Positions 39,101 through 47,310 of a stretch of 64,000 nt of DNA are shown in pieces. The DNA is taken from contig JASGJH010000001.1 in assembly GCA_047601445.1 (NCBI GenBank), forward strand, positions 3,072,001-3,136,000, written 5' to 3'. The stretch comes from Myxococcales bacterium (lineage in GTDB: Bacteria; Myxococcota_A; Polyangia; Polyangiales; DASUME01). Each line of letters begins with the position of its first letter. Position 1 is the stretch's first letter. The notes beneath the pieces were generated by a model, which did not search any database, had not been told where the DNA came from, and saw nothing but the letters and a program-made list of their open reading frames with translations. Both the position numbers and the translations under genes were made by a program.

Positions 39101-41510
39101 CGAGTCCGATGCGCACCACGAACCCGCCCTGGAAGCCTTGAGCCGCCTTTGCGAGCGGCGGGGTGACACCCGCGGTCAGGCCGAGCTCTTGCTGCGCAAG
39201 GTGGAGTTCGCCGAGGAACCCACGACGCGCGCCGCGCGCCTGGTGACGCTGGGCCAGTTCCGCCTGAACACGCTCAAGGACAAGGCCCTGGCCGGCGACG
39301 CTTTCGCGCAGGCTCGCGAGCTCGATCCGGACAACCTCGAGGCAGCCGTGGGCCTCGGCCACCTGGCGCTCGAGCAAAAGAACTTCGCTGAAGCCGCCGA
39401 GCTACTCGAGCCCGCGCTGGAGCACACCACGGAGCTCAGTCGCGACGTGGCGCTCGACGCGTGCCTGGGCGCTGGCGATGCGCTCCGCGCGCTGGATCAG
39501 CTGCCCAATGCCGAGCGCGCCTACCTCAAGGCCAAGGCCATTTCCCCGGACGATCGCCGGGTGTTGGAGCGGCTCGCCGAGGTGGCTGTGATCAGCAACA
39601 ACCACCACGAAGCCGGCATCCTGTTCGGCAGGCTGCTCGACCGCTTCGGGGCCAACCTCACCCCAGCAGAACGAGGCCAGCTGCTGCTGTCGCTCGGACG
39701 CGCCAAGAAGGAGAGCGGAGACCTCACGGCGGCGGCCTCGAGCTTCAGCCAGGCCAGCGAGCTCCTGCTCGAGTCCCCCGAACCGCTGGACGCCCTCTAC
39801 GACGTGCAGGTTCACAAGCGAAACTGGGATGCCGCGGGCCGCACGCTGCGTCGGCGCATCGATCTGGCGCAGGACGACCAGGAGCGCTTCGAGCTCTGGA
39901 TGAAGACGGGCGAACTCTACGCGACCCACATGCGCGACCGCGACCGCGCGGCGAAGGCCTATGTGACCGCGCTCGAGCTCAACGCCGGCGACCGCAACTT
40001 GCTGAGCAAGTTGATGGCGCTGTACTCGGAGGCCAAGGACTGGACGCGCCTGCTCGAGGTGCTCGTGAAGATGGCGGGCGTGGTCGACGAGCCGGCGTTG
40101 CGCGGCAAGTACTTCCACACGGCGGCTTCGGTGGCGCATCAGGAGCTCGGGGCGTTCGATCAGGCCATCGAGTACTACGAGAAGGCGCTCGTCAGCGAAC
40201 CCACCCTCGAGGCCGCGTTCCGCGGTCTCGCCGACTGCCTGCAGCGCGGCGGTGATTGGCAGGGGCTCGCCCGCGCCTACCGCTCGCAGATCGAGCGCAC
40301 GAAGAGCGCGATCTCCGGGGAGCAGCTGGCTGCGCTCTGGAACAACCTGGCCGAGCTCTACCACTACCGCCTCAACCGCATCGACGAGGCCGTGGTGGCC
40401 TACGAGGCAGCGCAAAACCTCGATCCCGAGAACCGTCAGCGCACCGAGCGCCTGGTCGAGATCTACAGCAAGCACCCCAATCGCTACGGCGAGCGCGCCA
40501 TCGGCGCCCACTCGGCGCTGCTGGCCCAGAACCCCTACCGCATCGAGTCCTATCGCGGCCTGCGTAAGCTCTACACGCAGCTGTCACGTCCGGACGAAGC
40601 CTGGGCCGTGTGCCAGGCGCTGCGCAGCTTGAACATGGCGGAGCCCGACGAGGAGGCGTTCTTCAAGCGCCACCGCGTGCAGGCCCCCGCCACCGCCCGC
40701 GAGTGCATCACCGAGCAGATCTGGGAGGAGTACATCCTGTCGTCCGAGCAGGACGCACTCCTGACCAGCATCTTCGCGATGATCCAGCCCGCGGCGGTGA
40801 GCGAGCTGGCCCAGGAGCCCGAGAATTTCGGGATCGACCGCGGCGCACCCATCGATTGCCAGGCTGAATCGGCCACGATGGCGCAGATGCTGTTCTATGC
40901 ATCGGGCGTCACGCTGGTCCCGCTGCCCCCCGTCTTCTATCAACCGCAGTCGGGCGGCGGCGTCTCCTTCCTGTTCACCAATCCGCCGTCGATCGGCCTC
41001 GGGCAGGCCGCCTTCCAGAGCGCGCCCGATCAGGCCCTGGCGTTCATCGCCGGCCGCCAGCTCTCGTACATGCGTCCGGGCCACTACATGCGTCAGCTGG
41101 TGCCCACCGGCAGCGGCTTGCGCAGCTGGCTCCTGGCCGCGATCCGCCTCGCCAACCCTCGCTTTCCGGTGCCCGAGAACATGCGGGCGCAGGTGGAGCG
41201 CAACCACCGCGCCCTCGTGAGCATGCTGCACGGCCCCACGCAGCAGACCCTGACCAGTTTGGTCGAGAAGCTCCTCAAGGAGCAGCCCGAGCTCGACATG
41301 AAGCGCTGGGCGATGGCCGTGGACATCACGGCCGACCGGGTGGGCTTCGTGCTTGCCAACAGCCTCGACGCCGCCGTGGCCGTGGTGCGGGCAAGCCCCG
41401 CCGACAGCAGCTACGCGAGCGAACGCGACCGGCTCAAGGAGCTCTACCTGTACGCCGTCTCTCCGCGCTACCTGGCGCTGCGCCAGGCCATCGGCGTCAC
41501 CATCGGCTAG
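36189..41510 (+). CDS. Giant protein: N-terminal EAD-like helical domain + pseudokinase + AgmK/GltI-like TPR array
   Basis: ATG 36189 after AAGG; kinase fold with HGHLKAEN and TDLA; more than 1000 aa of TPRs; C-terminal ADRVGFVLANSLDAA...Y.ALR..IG. Confidence 0.85.
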   Translation: MSTLEFLQGELERLFELDKMMALSTDLLGLDPSEVGGTNAKGTFARALARHCAERQALAALEDAIRFSVKNGALIEAPRVVEEPELTPGSMVGGFKILKRVAQGPLAVVYLAERPAPSNGHTERAAIKVFREDSTRDRAAAARLLTAARALKSVQDTGLASIYEAGTLPDGRLFVASEYIAGQTLAGRMGRSGAVHFSEVRPVARTLLKGLATLHKRGFLHGHLKAENVFIVRQAGAEGERSEPYGVLTDLATGRLLASGEKSLPSVLRLVGDPSSMAPEVARGGEPDARSEVYAVGCLLYHALSGQAVFDAPTPIEQITAHLMEEPVPLSERAPRGWISPELENVIARALSKEPSERYETARDFADALEDIGRNSTFPGTEAPALDMQDLLAAIAAFQAYPNDEGLAAQLEALVSPSGSWHHVVDVFLEAADAVDHGPTKKHLLFRTARVLADEQKDMEAAERVYRVVLEYDPSDAQAHNAIEELHRSAGNHEGLVSLLLDRLESETDGNVRAGILREVASLYEEELGAEENAFVAWTQALAEDPDDPRAARAIERLANTPEQWLEAIDSLQEPLDNPERLQASVSLSLVVAQWYTKRLARPDLALPYLTRALQVDPAHEPALEAMTSIYRDAQSWTELVQILMHRADSANPARTRDLKAEAASVLHHKIGDTASAASIFEAIFADDPTHPGALEALEEIYLNEGALEKLAELFAQKAKEQRGTQRADTLCDLAMLHEEGLEDLEGALTHYNAALAVDDKHLVALKGLERAYTQLNRGNDLRTTLEKQLALAATPGQRIELLERLGALLEGQLENPAQAATFYEQVIELAPSHEGANLALARLYRGLHRFEDLAQTLDRHAKGVEDTTRKADLLMQAARVLMADLGSPERAAFVCERVLATVPGHMEALSLTARIRALAGDSVAALDALELLADTEQDPTKKAELWVRAGQMLEQGDNLDGAVDRYTLALESDAHHEPALEALSRLCERRGDTRGQAELLLRKVEFAEEPTTRAARLVTLGQFRLNTLKDKALAGDAFAQARELDPDNLEAAVGLGHLALEQKNFAEAAELLEPALEHTTELSRDVALDACLGAGDALRALDQLPNAERAYLKAKAISPDDRRVLERLAEVAVISNNHHEAGILFGRLLDRFGANLTPAERGQLLLSLGRAKKESGDLTAAASSFSQASELLLESPEPLDALYDVQVHKRNWDAAGRTLRRRIDLAQDDQERFELWMKTGELYATHMRDRDRAAKAYVTALELNAGDRNLLSKLMALYSEAKDWTRLLEVLVKMAGVVDEPALRGKYFHTAASVAHQELGAFDQAIEYYEKALVSEPTLEAAFRGLADCLQRGGDWQGLARAYRSQIERTKSAISGEQLAALWNNLAELYHYRLNRIDEAVVAYEAAQNLDPENRQRTERLVEIYSKHPNRYGERAIGAHSALLAQNPYRIESYRGLRKLYTQLSRPDEAWAVCQALRSLNMAEPDEEAFFKRHRVQAPATARECITEQIWEEYILSSEQDALLTSIFAMIQPAAVSELAQEPENFGIDRGAPIDCQAESATMAQMLFYASGVTLVPLPPVFYQPQSGGGVSFLFTNPPSIGLGQAAFQSAPDQALAFIAGRQLSYMRPGHYMRQLVPTGSGLRSWLLAAIRLANPRFPVPENMRAQVERNHRALVSMLHGPTQQTLTSLVEKLLKEQPELDMKRWAMAVDITADRVGFVLANSLDAAVAVVRASPADSSYASERDRLKELYLYAVSPRYLALRQAIGVTIG

Positions 41511-41523
41511 CGGGATCACAGGT

Positions 41524-41554
41524 CGGAAGGCGGCCGTTCCAGAATCGCCTTCCG
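41524..41554 (+). terminator. GC-rich hairpin after the giant TPR gene
   Basis: CGGAAGGCG (41524-41532) pairs with CGCCTTCCG (41546-41554); no U-tract. Confidence 0.4.
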
Positions 41555-41791
41555 GCTCACATCACGCGGCGCGGAGACGCGGAGATTCCATAGCGATCTC
41601 GTCGAATCTGGGTGCGCTGCCCACGTGCGAGCACGTTTTGCGGAGGTTGTTCGCCTCCCTCCACGTGCCTGCGTGGTAGCGTGTAGCCAAGAGCTGCGTC
41701 ATTCGGCGCACTTGGAGCGACCAGGATCCTATAGAAAGCTCGAAGAAGCCTCGTGGGCGCAGCCGCCCACTTCGACGAGCCGAGGAGTTAC

Positions 41792-42952
41792 ATGCCAGAA
41801 ATCGAGTCGGAAGCCCCGAGTCAACCTGTCCGCGTGTCCACTGAGGTGGAGGTTCTCGATAACGGTCTCTTGCTCGCACTCACCGGCCCTGGCGGAGCCA
41901 ACCTCAAACCGCTCGAACGCGCCTTCGGCATCGGCATCGGCCTGCGCGGCAATACCATTCGCTTGATCGGCCCCGCTCCCTCGGTGACGCTGGCAGAGCG
42001 TGCCCTCACCGAGTTACTCGAGCTGGTGCGGCGCGGCTCGCACCTCGGCGAGCGCGAAGTCGAGCGCAGCATCGAGACGCTGCGGCGGCATCCCGAGGTG
42101 AAGCTCACCGAGATGCTCGACGACGTGATCACGGTGGGCACCGGCAAGCGCGGCGTGCAGCCCAAGGGCGTGGCCCAGCAGCAATACATCCGCTCGATGC
42201 GCATGCACGACGTGGTGTTCGGCGTGGGTCCCGCGGGTACCGGCAAGACCTACCTGGCGATGGCGGCCGCAGTGTCGGCGCTCCTCGCGCGCAAATACAA
42301 GCGCATCATCCTCACGCGTCCGGCCGTGGAAGCAGGCGAAAAGCTCGGCTTCTTGCCCGGTGATCTCGCGGAGAAGGTGAACCCCTACCTGCGCCCGCTC
42401 TACGACGCCCTGCACGACATGATGGACATGGAGCGCGCCCAGGACCTGCTGCAGCGCGGGACCATCGAGGTGGCACCGCTTGCGTTCATGCGTGGTCGCA
42501 CGCTCAACTCGAGCTTCGTGATCCTCGACGAGGCGCAGAACACCACCGTCGATCAGATGAAGATGTTCTTGACGCGTCTCGGTTACGACTCGAAGGCAGT
42601 CATCACGGGTGACGTCACGCAGGTGGACTTGCCCGACGGTCGCAAGAGCGGCCTGTCGGACGCCATTCGCCTGCTCGGCAATGTGGAAGGCATCGCCATC
42701 AACCGCTTCACGGACGTGGACGTGGTGCGCCATCCGCTCGTGCAACGCATCATCCGAGCCTACGACGCCCGGACCGAGCAGCAGGCCCAGCGCCGTGAGT
42801 TGAGCGGCTTCCGTGGCGAGCGCGAGCGTGAAGACATGCAGCGCTACCGGGCGCGCCCCAATCAGCGCGACGACGCCGAGGAGTACGACAACGGTCGCGC
42901 CCACGAGGATGAAGACGACCAGCCGCACGACGACCGGCCGCGAGAGGACTGA
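41792..42952 (+). CDS. phoH: PhoH family ATPase with N-terminal KH-like domain
   Basis: [66 protein letters not shown]. Confidence 0.95.
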   Translation: MPEIESEAPSQPVRVSTEVEVLDNGLLLALTGPGGANLKPLERAFGIGIGLRGNTIRLIGPAPSVTLAERALTELLELVRRGSHLGEREVERSIETLRRHPEVKLTEMLDDVITVGTGKRGVQPKGVAQQQYIRSMRMHDVVFGVGPAGTGKTYLAMAAAVSALLARKYKRIILTRPAVEAGEKLGFLPGDLAEKVNPYLRPLYDALHDMMDMERAQDLLQRGTIEVAPLAFMRGRTLNSSFVILDEAQNTTVDQMKMFLTRLGYDSKAVITGDVTQVDLPDGRKSGLSDAIRLLGNVEGIAINRFTDVDVVRHPLVQRIIRAYDARTEQQAQRRELSGFRGEREREDMQRYRARPNQRDDAEEYDNGRAHEDEDDQPHDDRPRED

Positions 42953-42955
42953 CGC

Positions 42956-43858
42956 TTGCCGATCTTCGACGGCGTGGTGGAGCTGATCGGCAAGACTCCC
43001 CTCGTGCGATTGGCCAAGCTGTCGCCGCCGGGGGGCGCCGAGATCTGCGCCAAGCTCGAGAGCAAGAACCCCGGGGGCAGCGTCAAGGACCGACCGGCGC
43101 TGGCCATGCTGCTCGCCGCCGAACACAGCGGCGAGCTGAGGCCCGGGGCCACCCTGGTGGAGGCCACCAGCGGCAACACCGGGATTAGCCTGGCCATGTT
43201 GGCGGCGGCCCGCGGTTACCACTGCGTGCTCGTGATGCCCGAGGACGCCAGCATGGCGCGCAAGCTCCTGCTCAAGGCTTACGGCGCGGAGCTCGTGCTT
43301 ACGGACGCCCTCGCGGGCATGGCCGGGGCCGTGGCCAAGGCGGAGGCGATCGTGCGCTCCACGCCCGGGGCCTTCATGCCGAAGCAGTTCGAGAACCCCA
43401 GAAACCCGGAGTCCCATGCCCGCACCACCGCCGAGGAGATCCTGGCGGACACGGAGGGCAAGGTGGACGCGTTCGTGGCTGGTGTAGGCACGGGCGGCAC
43501 CCTGACGGGCGTGGCCAGCGTGCTGAAGAAGCGCCTCCAGGGAGTCAGGGTGATCGGGGTCGAGCCACGGGGCAGCGCGATACTGAGTGGGGGTGAACCG
43601 GGGCTGCACGGAATCCAGGGGCTGGGAGCAGGGTTCATCCCCAAGGTGCTGGACCGTAGCCTGATCGACCACGTCCTCGCGGTGACCGACGTGGCGGCAG
43701 ATCGCACGGCAAGACGCTTGGCCCACGAAGAGGGGCTACTTGTAGGTACGTCCGCAGGGGCCAACGTGTACGCGGCCGTCGAGGTCGCGAAGACGATGCG
43801 GGCGGATCAGCGTGTGGTGACGGTGCTGTGCGACACCGGGGAACGCTACCTCTGTTAG
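42956..43858 (+). CDS. cysK: Cysteine synthase A (O-acetylserine sulfhydrylase)
   Basis: IGKTPLV, NPGGSVKDR (PLP Lys), EATSGNTG, GVGTGGT, HGIQGLGAGF, DTGERYL. Confidence 0.95.
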   Translation: MPIFDGVVELIGKTPLVRLAKLSPPGGAEICAKLESKNPGGSVKDRPALAMLLAAEHSGELRPGATLVEATSGNTGISLAMLAAARGYHCVLVMPEDASMARKLLLKAYGAELVLTDALAGMAGAVAKAEAIVRSTPGAFMPKQFENPRNPESHARTTAEEILADTEGKVDAFVAGVGTGGTLTGVASVLKKRLQGVRVIGVEPRGSAILSGGEPGLHGIQGLGAGFIPKVLDRSLIDHVLAVTDVAADRTARRLAHEEGLLVGTSAGANVYAAVEVAKTMRADQRVVTVLCDTGERYLC

Positions 43859-43918
43859 AGACGTCGCACGGCGCTGCAAGCTAGCAATTCAGCGAACGCT
43901 CTCGGTATCTTAACGCCC

Positions 43919-44614
43919 ATGGATGAACTGGGGCGGCACGCCCGAGGGCGCGCATGGTGGCGTCATGCGCTCTGCGTATTTTGGACCTTGCTCACGTTGG
44001 CTCCCGCCACCGCCGGCGCCCAATGCATCGACGAAGCGATTCGGGATGAACTCAATGCGCGTCGCCAGTACCGCGGCGTGCAGGAGCGTCTGTTCCAGAA
44101 GGCACGGCGTCACGAGCTGAGCGTGCTCGGGGGGGCCTACGCGGCCGACCTGATGTCCTCGTCGTACGTCGTTGGGGGCGCCTACACGTTCCACTTCAGC
44201 GAGGATCTCGGGCTCGAGGCGTCCGTCGGATACACGCGTTCCAAGTCCGAGGTGGTGTCGATCATCGAAGACCACCTGGGCACCGACCTGGTGCGCGAAA
44301 AAGTCCCGGTTTGGCTCTATCAGGGGCACCTGATCTGGACCCTGGCTTACGGCAAGCTGCGTTGGTTCGGCAGTCGCATCAGCCGCTTCGACTTCGGCCT
44401 CGCCCTGGGCGGCGGCGTGACCGACAACCAGTCCGCGCGCAGCCTCACCTTCAGCGGCGGCCTCGGGCTGAAGTTCTTCCCGAACGAATGGTTCGCGGTG
44501 CGCATCGATCTGCGCGACCAGGTGCTGACCCAGGAGCTCCTGGGCGACGCACGCATCGTCAACAACCTGATGGCCACACTGGGGCTGTCGGTCTTCATCC
44601 CCTTTGGCTTCTGA
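43919..44614 (+). CDS. Myxobacterial outer-membrane beta-barrel (GltA/GltB/NfsA-like)
   Basis: Signal peptide; GVQERLFQKARRHEL, YTFHFSEDLGLE, YGKL, GGLGLKFF...RIDLRD, GLSVFIPF. Confidence 0.8.
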   Translation: MDELGRHARGRAWWRHALCVFWTLLTLAPATAGAQCIDEAIRDELNARRQYRGVQERLFQKARRHELSVLGGAYAADLMSSSYVVGGAYTFHFSEDLGLEASVGYTRSKSEVVSIIEDHLGTDLVREKVPVWLYQGHLIWTLAYGKLRWFGSRISRFDFGLALGGGVTDNQSARSLTFSGGLGLKFFPNEWFAVRIDLRDQVLTQELLGDARIVNNLMATLGLSVFIPFGF

Positions 44615-44626
44615 GGCGAGGACCCC

Positions 44627-45313
44627 ATGCTCACACGCAAACGCGCGTTGTTGGCCTTGAGCCTGTGCTGCTTCGGCGGCATGCCGGCCCGAGCCCAGAA
44701 TCCGGTCCCCCCCGCAACGGGAGCGGCCCCGAGCCCGACACCGGTCACCCCAAGTGCGGCCCCCGAGGCGGCCTCGGCGGCGCAAACTCCGGCCCCCGTG
44801 CCCACACCCCCCCAGAGCAGCCCCGCCAGCGGTCCGGACGTGAGCCAGCTCGAAGGGGAGTTAGCGAACGTACTCGATGAGCTGATTCAGGCCCGTACGC
44901 GTACATCCGTGCTGGTGAAGACGCTCTTCCGCACGCCCGTGGAAGTCTGGGTCGTGCGGCGCGCCGACGACCAGCGTTTGGCCCATATCACGCTGCGCCT
45001 GGACGGGGTGCCGGTGCATGACTCGGATGGCTCGGCCCTGTCTGGGGGGGAAGCGAAGCTGTTCTCGGGCTTCGCCGCGCCGGGGCTCCACGATCTCGCC
45101 ATCGAGATCAGCGAGGAATCGAAGGAGCGCTCCGACTATCGCTATCAGCGTAGCGAGCGTTTCCGGATCGAGGTCAAGAAGGGAACCAAGACCCAGATCG
45201 AGCTGGTGCTGCGAGACCGCTCGGACATGGCCGAGGAGCTGCCCGAGGGCGACAAGGGTGAGTACGACGTGCGCACCATCATGCGCGCCCACGCCGAGAA
45301 GGTGAAAGAGTGA
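44627..45313 (+). CDS. Exported hypothetical protein (Pro-rich linker, coiled coil, beta-sandwich) in Glt-like operon
   Basis: Signal peptide ending ARA; LRLDGVPV...LFSG..PGLH.L. Confidence 0.8.
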   Translation: MLTRKRALLALSLCCFGGMPARAQNPVPPATGAAPSPTPVTPSAAPEAASAAQTPAPVPTPPQSSPASGPDVSQLEGELANVLDELIQARTRTSVLVKTLFRTPVEVWVVRRADDQRLAHITLRLDGVPVHDSDGSALSGGEAKLFSGFAAPGLHDLAIEISEESKERSDYRYQRSERFRIEVKKGTKTQIELVLRDRSDMAEELPEGDKGEYDVRTIMRAHAEKVKE

Positions 45314-47310
45314 TGCTCCGCATGGCGAAAGCCCTGGGAGTCGTGCTGTGCACTGCCCTGGCGGCAGAGGCGCAGGCGGAACCCGCGGCGCCCGCAGCGG
45401 CCGCCCCGAGCGCTGCGAACGAGAGCGTGCTCGACGGGTATCTGCGCCTCTTGGACCAGAAGAAGCTGGCGGGCCCCGAGGCCCAGAGCAGCGAGGAGCT
45501 CATCGAGACCGTACAGGCGGCCCAGGAAGCCCTGCTATACGGACGTCGCGATGAGGCCATGTCGATGTTGCTGGAGGCGGTGGAAGGACCACGCTTTCGA
45601 GCCTTCGAGTCGCTCGACGAGTATCACTCCGCGGAGCTCTTGCTGAGCGCGGGTCTACTCGAGGAGCACGCGCTCAAGAGCGCGCAGCGCGTGGTGGACC
45701 GCCTGCTCTCGCGCGGCACCGAGACGGCAGCCTTCGGGCCTGCTTATCGACGCGCGGTGGACATCGCGCTGGCGCGGGGAGATCTCGACGCTTCGGCGGC
45801 GCACCTCGGCAAGCTGGTGACGGGCGCCCTGCCCGAGGACGCCGCGAACGAGCTGCGCTACCTGAGGGGACGCGCAGCCTACGACCGCGGCGCCTTCCCG
45901 CAGGCCAAGCAAGAGCTCGTCGCCGTCACCCAGAAGAGTCGGTTCTACCCGAGCGCGCAATATCTGCTCGGTGCCATCGCGGCCAAGGGCAAGGACTACA
46001 AGGAAGCGGAGGCTCGCTTCTGCAGCGTGGCCACCGCGGGCAAGAACGACGCCTTCTCGTTCTACGTGGACGGCCGCTTCTTCCCCGTGCGCGACATGGC
46101 GCACCTGGCGCTCGGACGCGTGGCCCACGAGACCGCGCGCGCCAACGACGCCTTCTACTACTACTTCCAGGTTCCCAACGACTCCGAGCGCGTGCCCGAG
46201 GCCTTGTTCGAGGCCTCCTGGGCCAGCTACGAAGGGGGCGATCACGACGCGGCCCTCGATGGACTGGACCAGCTCAAGGCGCGTTACCCCAACTCGGCTT
46301 ACTCGGCAGAGGCGGCGGTGCTACGCGGCTACGTGCACCTGGCGCGCTGCGAGTTCGGCGCCGCGGAGCGGCAGCTCGTGGCCTTCGAGGCGCAGTTCGG
46401 TGCGGTGTTGCGCGAGATCGACCTCACGCTCGAGAGCGAGGCACGCCGCAAGACCGTGTATCGCGATTTGATCGCGCGCGCCGACAGCGTGCAGCGGCGG
46501 CGCGCGGAGGGCAGCGATGCAGCGCCCGATCCAGACAGCATCTTGCTTGCACTGGTGTCGGCCGATCCCGAGTTCTACCGTCTGCACTCGGAGCTGCGCG
46601 CCCTCGACGCGGAGCTCGCGCGCAGCGGCAACGTGCCCACCGAGCTCGGCGCCCTGGCCCAGCGCGTGGTCAGCAAGGAGACGCCAGCGCCGCGACTCGA
46701 CGAGCAATCGCCCTCCGAGCGCGTGGCGAGCCTGACGCGGGCGCTGACGGAGGCGCGTGGCGCCGTGGATGCCCTCGAGCTCGACCTGCGTGGACTCGAG
46801 CGCGCGGGTGCCGACAAGACCGAGCTCAACGCGCTGCGCGGGATCCGCCGCAAGCTCGACTCACGCCTGAGCAAGCTCGACGAGAGTCTGCGCGACGCGT
46901 TACGCGCCGACAGCGTGGCGCGCAGCCTGCCGATGGCCGACGAGCTGAGCGCACGCTTCGAGGAGGATCGCCGCTACGTGGAGAAGCTGCAGCTTTCGGC
47001 GCAGGCGCTGCGCGCGGACCTCGAGGCCCATGCGGACCAGGCGGGCGAGCGCGCCCTGCGTGATCTGCGCGGGCGCCTGGCTTCGGAACTGCGCCGCGCG
47101 CGCATCGGCCGCATCGACGCGGTGATGGGCAGCAAGCGCCAGGTGGAGCTGCAGATCGAGAGCCTGGCGGCAGGACGCTTCCCGGCCGAACTGGTGGATC
47201 CGCTGCGCATGCAGAGCCTCCTGCGCGACGACGAGGAGTACTGGCCCTTCGAAGGCGAAGACTGGCCGGACGAATTCGAAGAGCGCTACTCCAAGGAGGA
47301 GGAGCCATGA
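45313..47310 (+). CDS. GltC/NfsC-like periplasmic TPR/coiled-coil protein
   Basis: Signal peptide; AHLALGRV, EALFEASWA, YVHLARC; C-terminal EEYWPFEGEDWPDE. Confidence 0.8.
   Translation: MLRMAKALGVVLCTALAAEAQAEPAAPAAAAPSAANESVLDGYLRLLDQKKLAGPEAQSSEELIETVQAAQEALLYGRRDEAMSMLLEAVEGPRFRAFESLDEYHSAELLLSAGLLEEHALKSAQRVVDRLLSRGTETAAFGPAYRRAVDIALARGDLDASAAHLGKLVTGALPEDAANELRYLRGRAAYDRGAFPQAKQELVAVTQKSRFYPSAQYLLGAIAAKGKDYKEAEARFCSVATAGKNDAFSFYVDGRFFPVRDMAHLALGRVAHETARANDAFYYYFQVPNDSERVPEALFEASWASYEGGDHDAALDGLDQLKARYPNSAYSAEAAVLRGYVHLARCEFGAAERQLVAFEAQFGAVLREIDLTLESEARRKTVYRDLIARADSVQRRRAEGSDAAPDPDSILLALVSADPEFYRLHSELRALDAELARSGNVPTELGALAQRVVSKETPAPRLDEQSPSERVASLTRALTEARGAVDALELDLRGLERAGADKTELNALRGIRRKLDSRLSKLDESLRDALRADSVARSLPMADELSARFEEDRRYVEKLQLSAQALRADLEAHADQAGERALRDLRGRLASELRRARIGRIDAVMGSKRQVELQIESLAAGRFPAELVDPLRMQSLLRDDEEYWPFEGEDWPDEFEERYSKEEEP

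Noticed and set aside
43864..43878. Sigma54-like TCGCACGGCGCTGCA upstream of the Glt-like operon
   Set aside because: Lacks the invariant GG at -24; a sigma70-like -10 box at 43906 fits better
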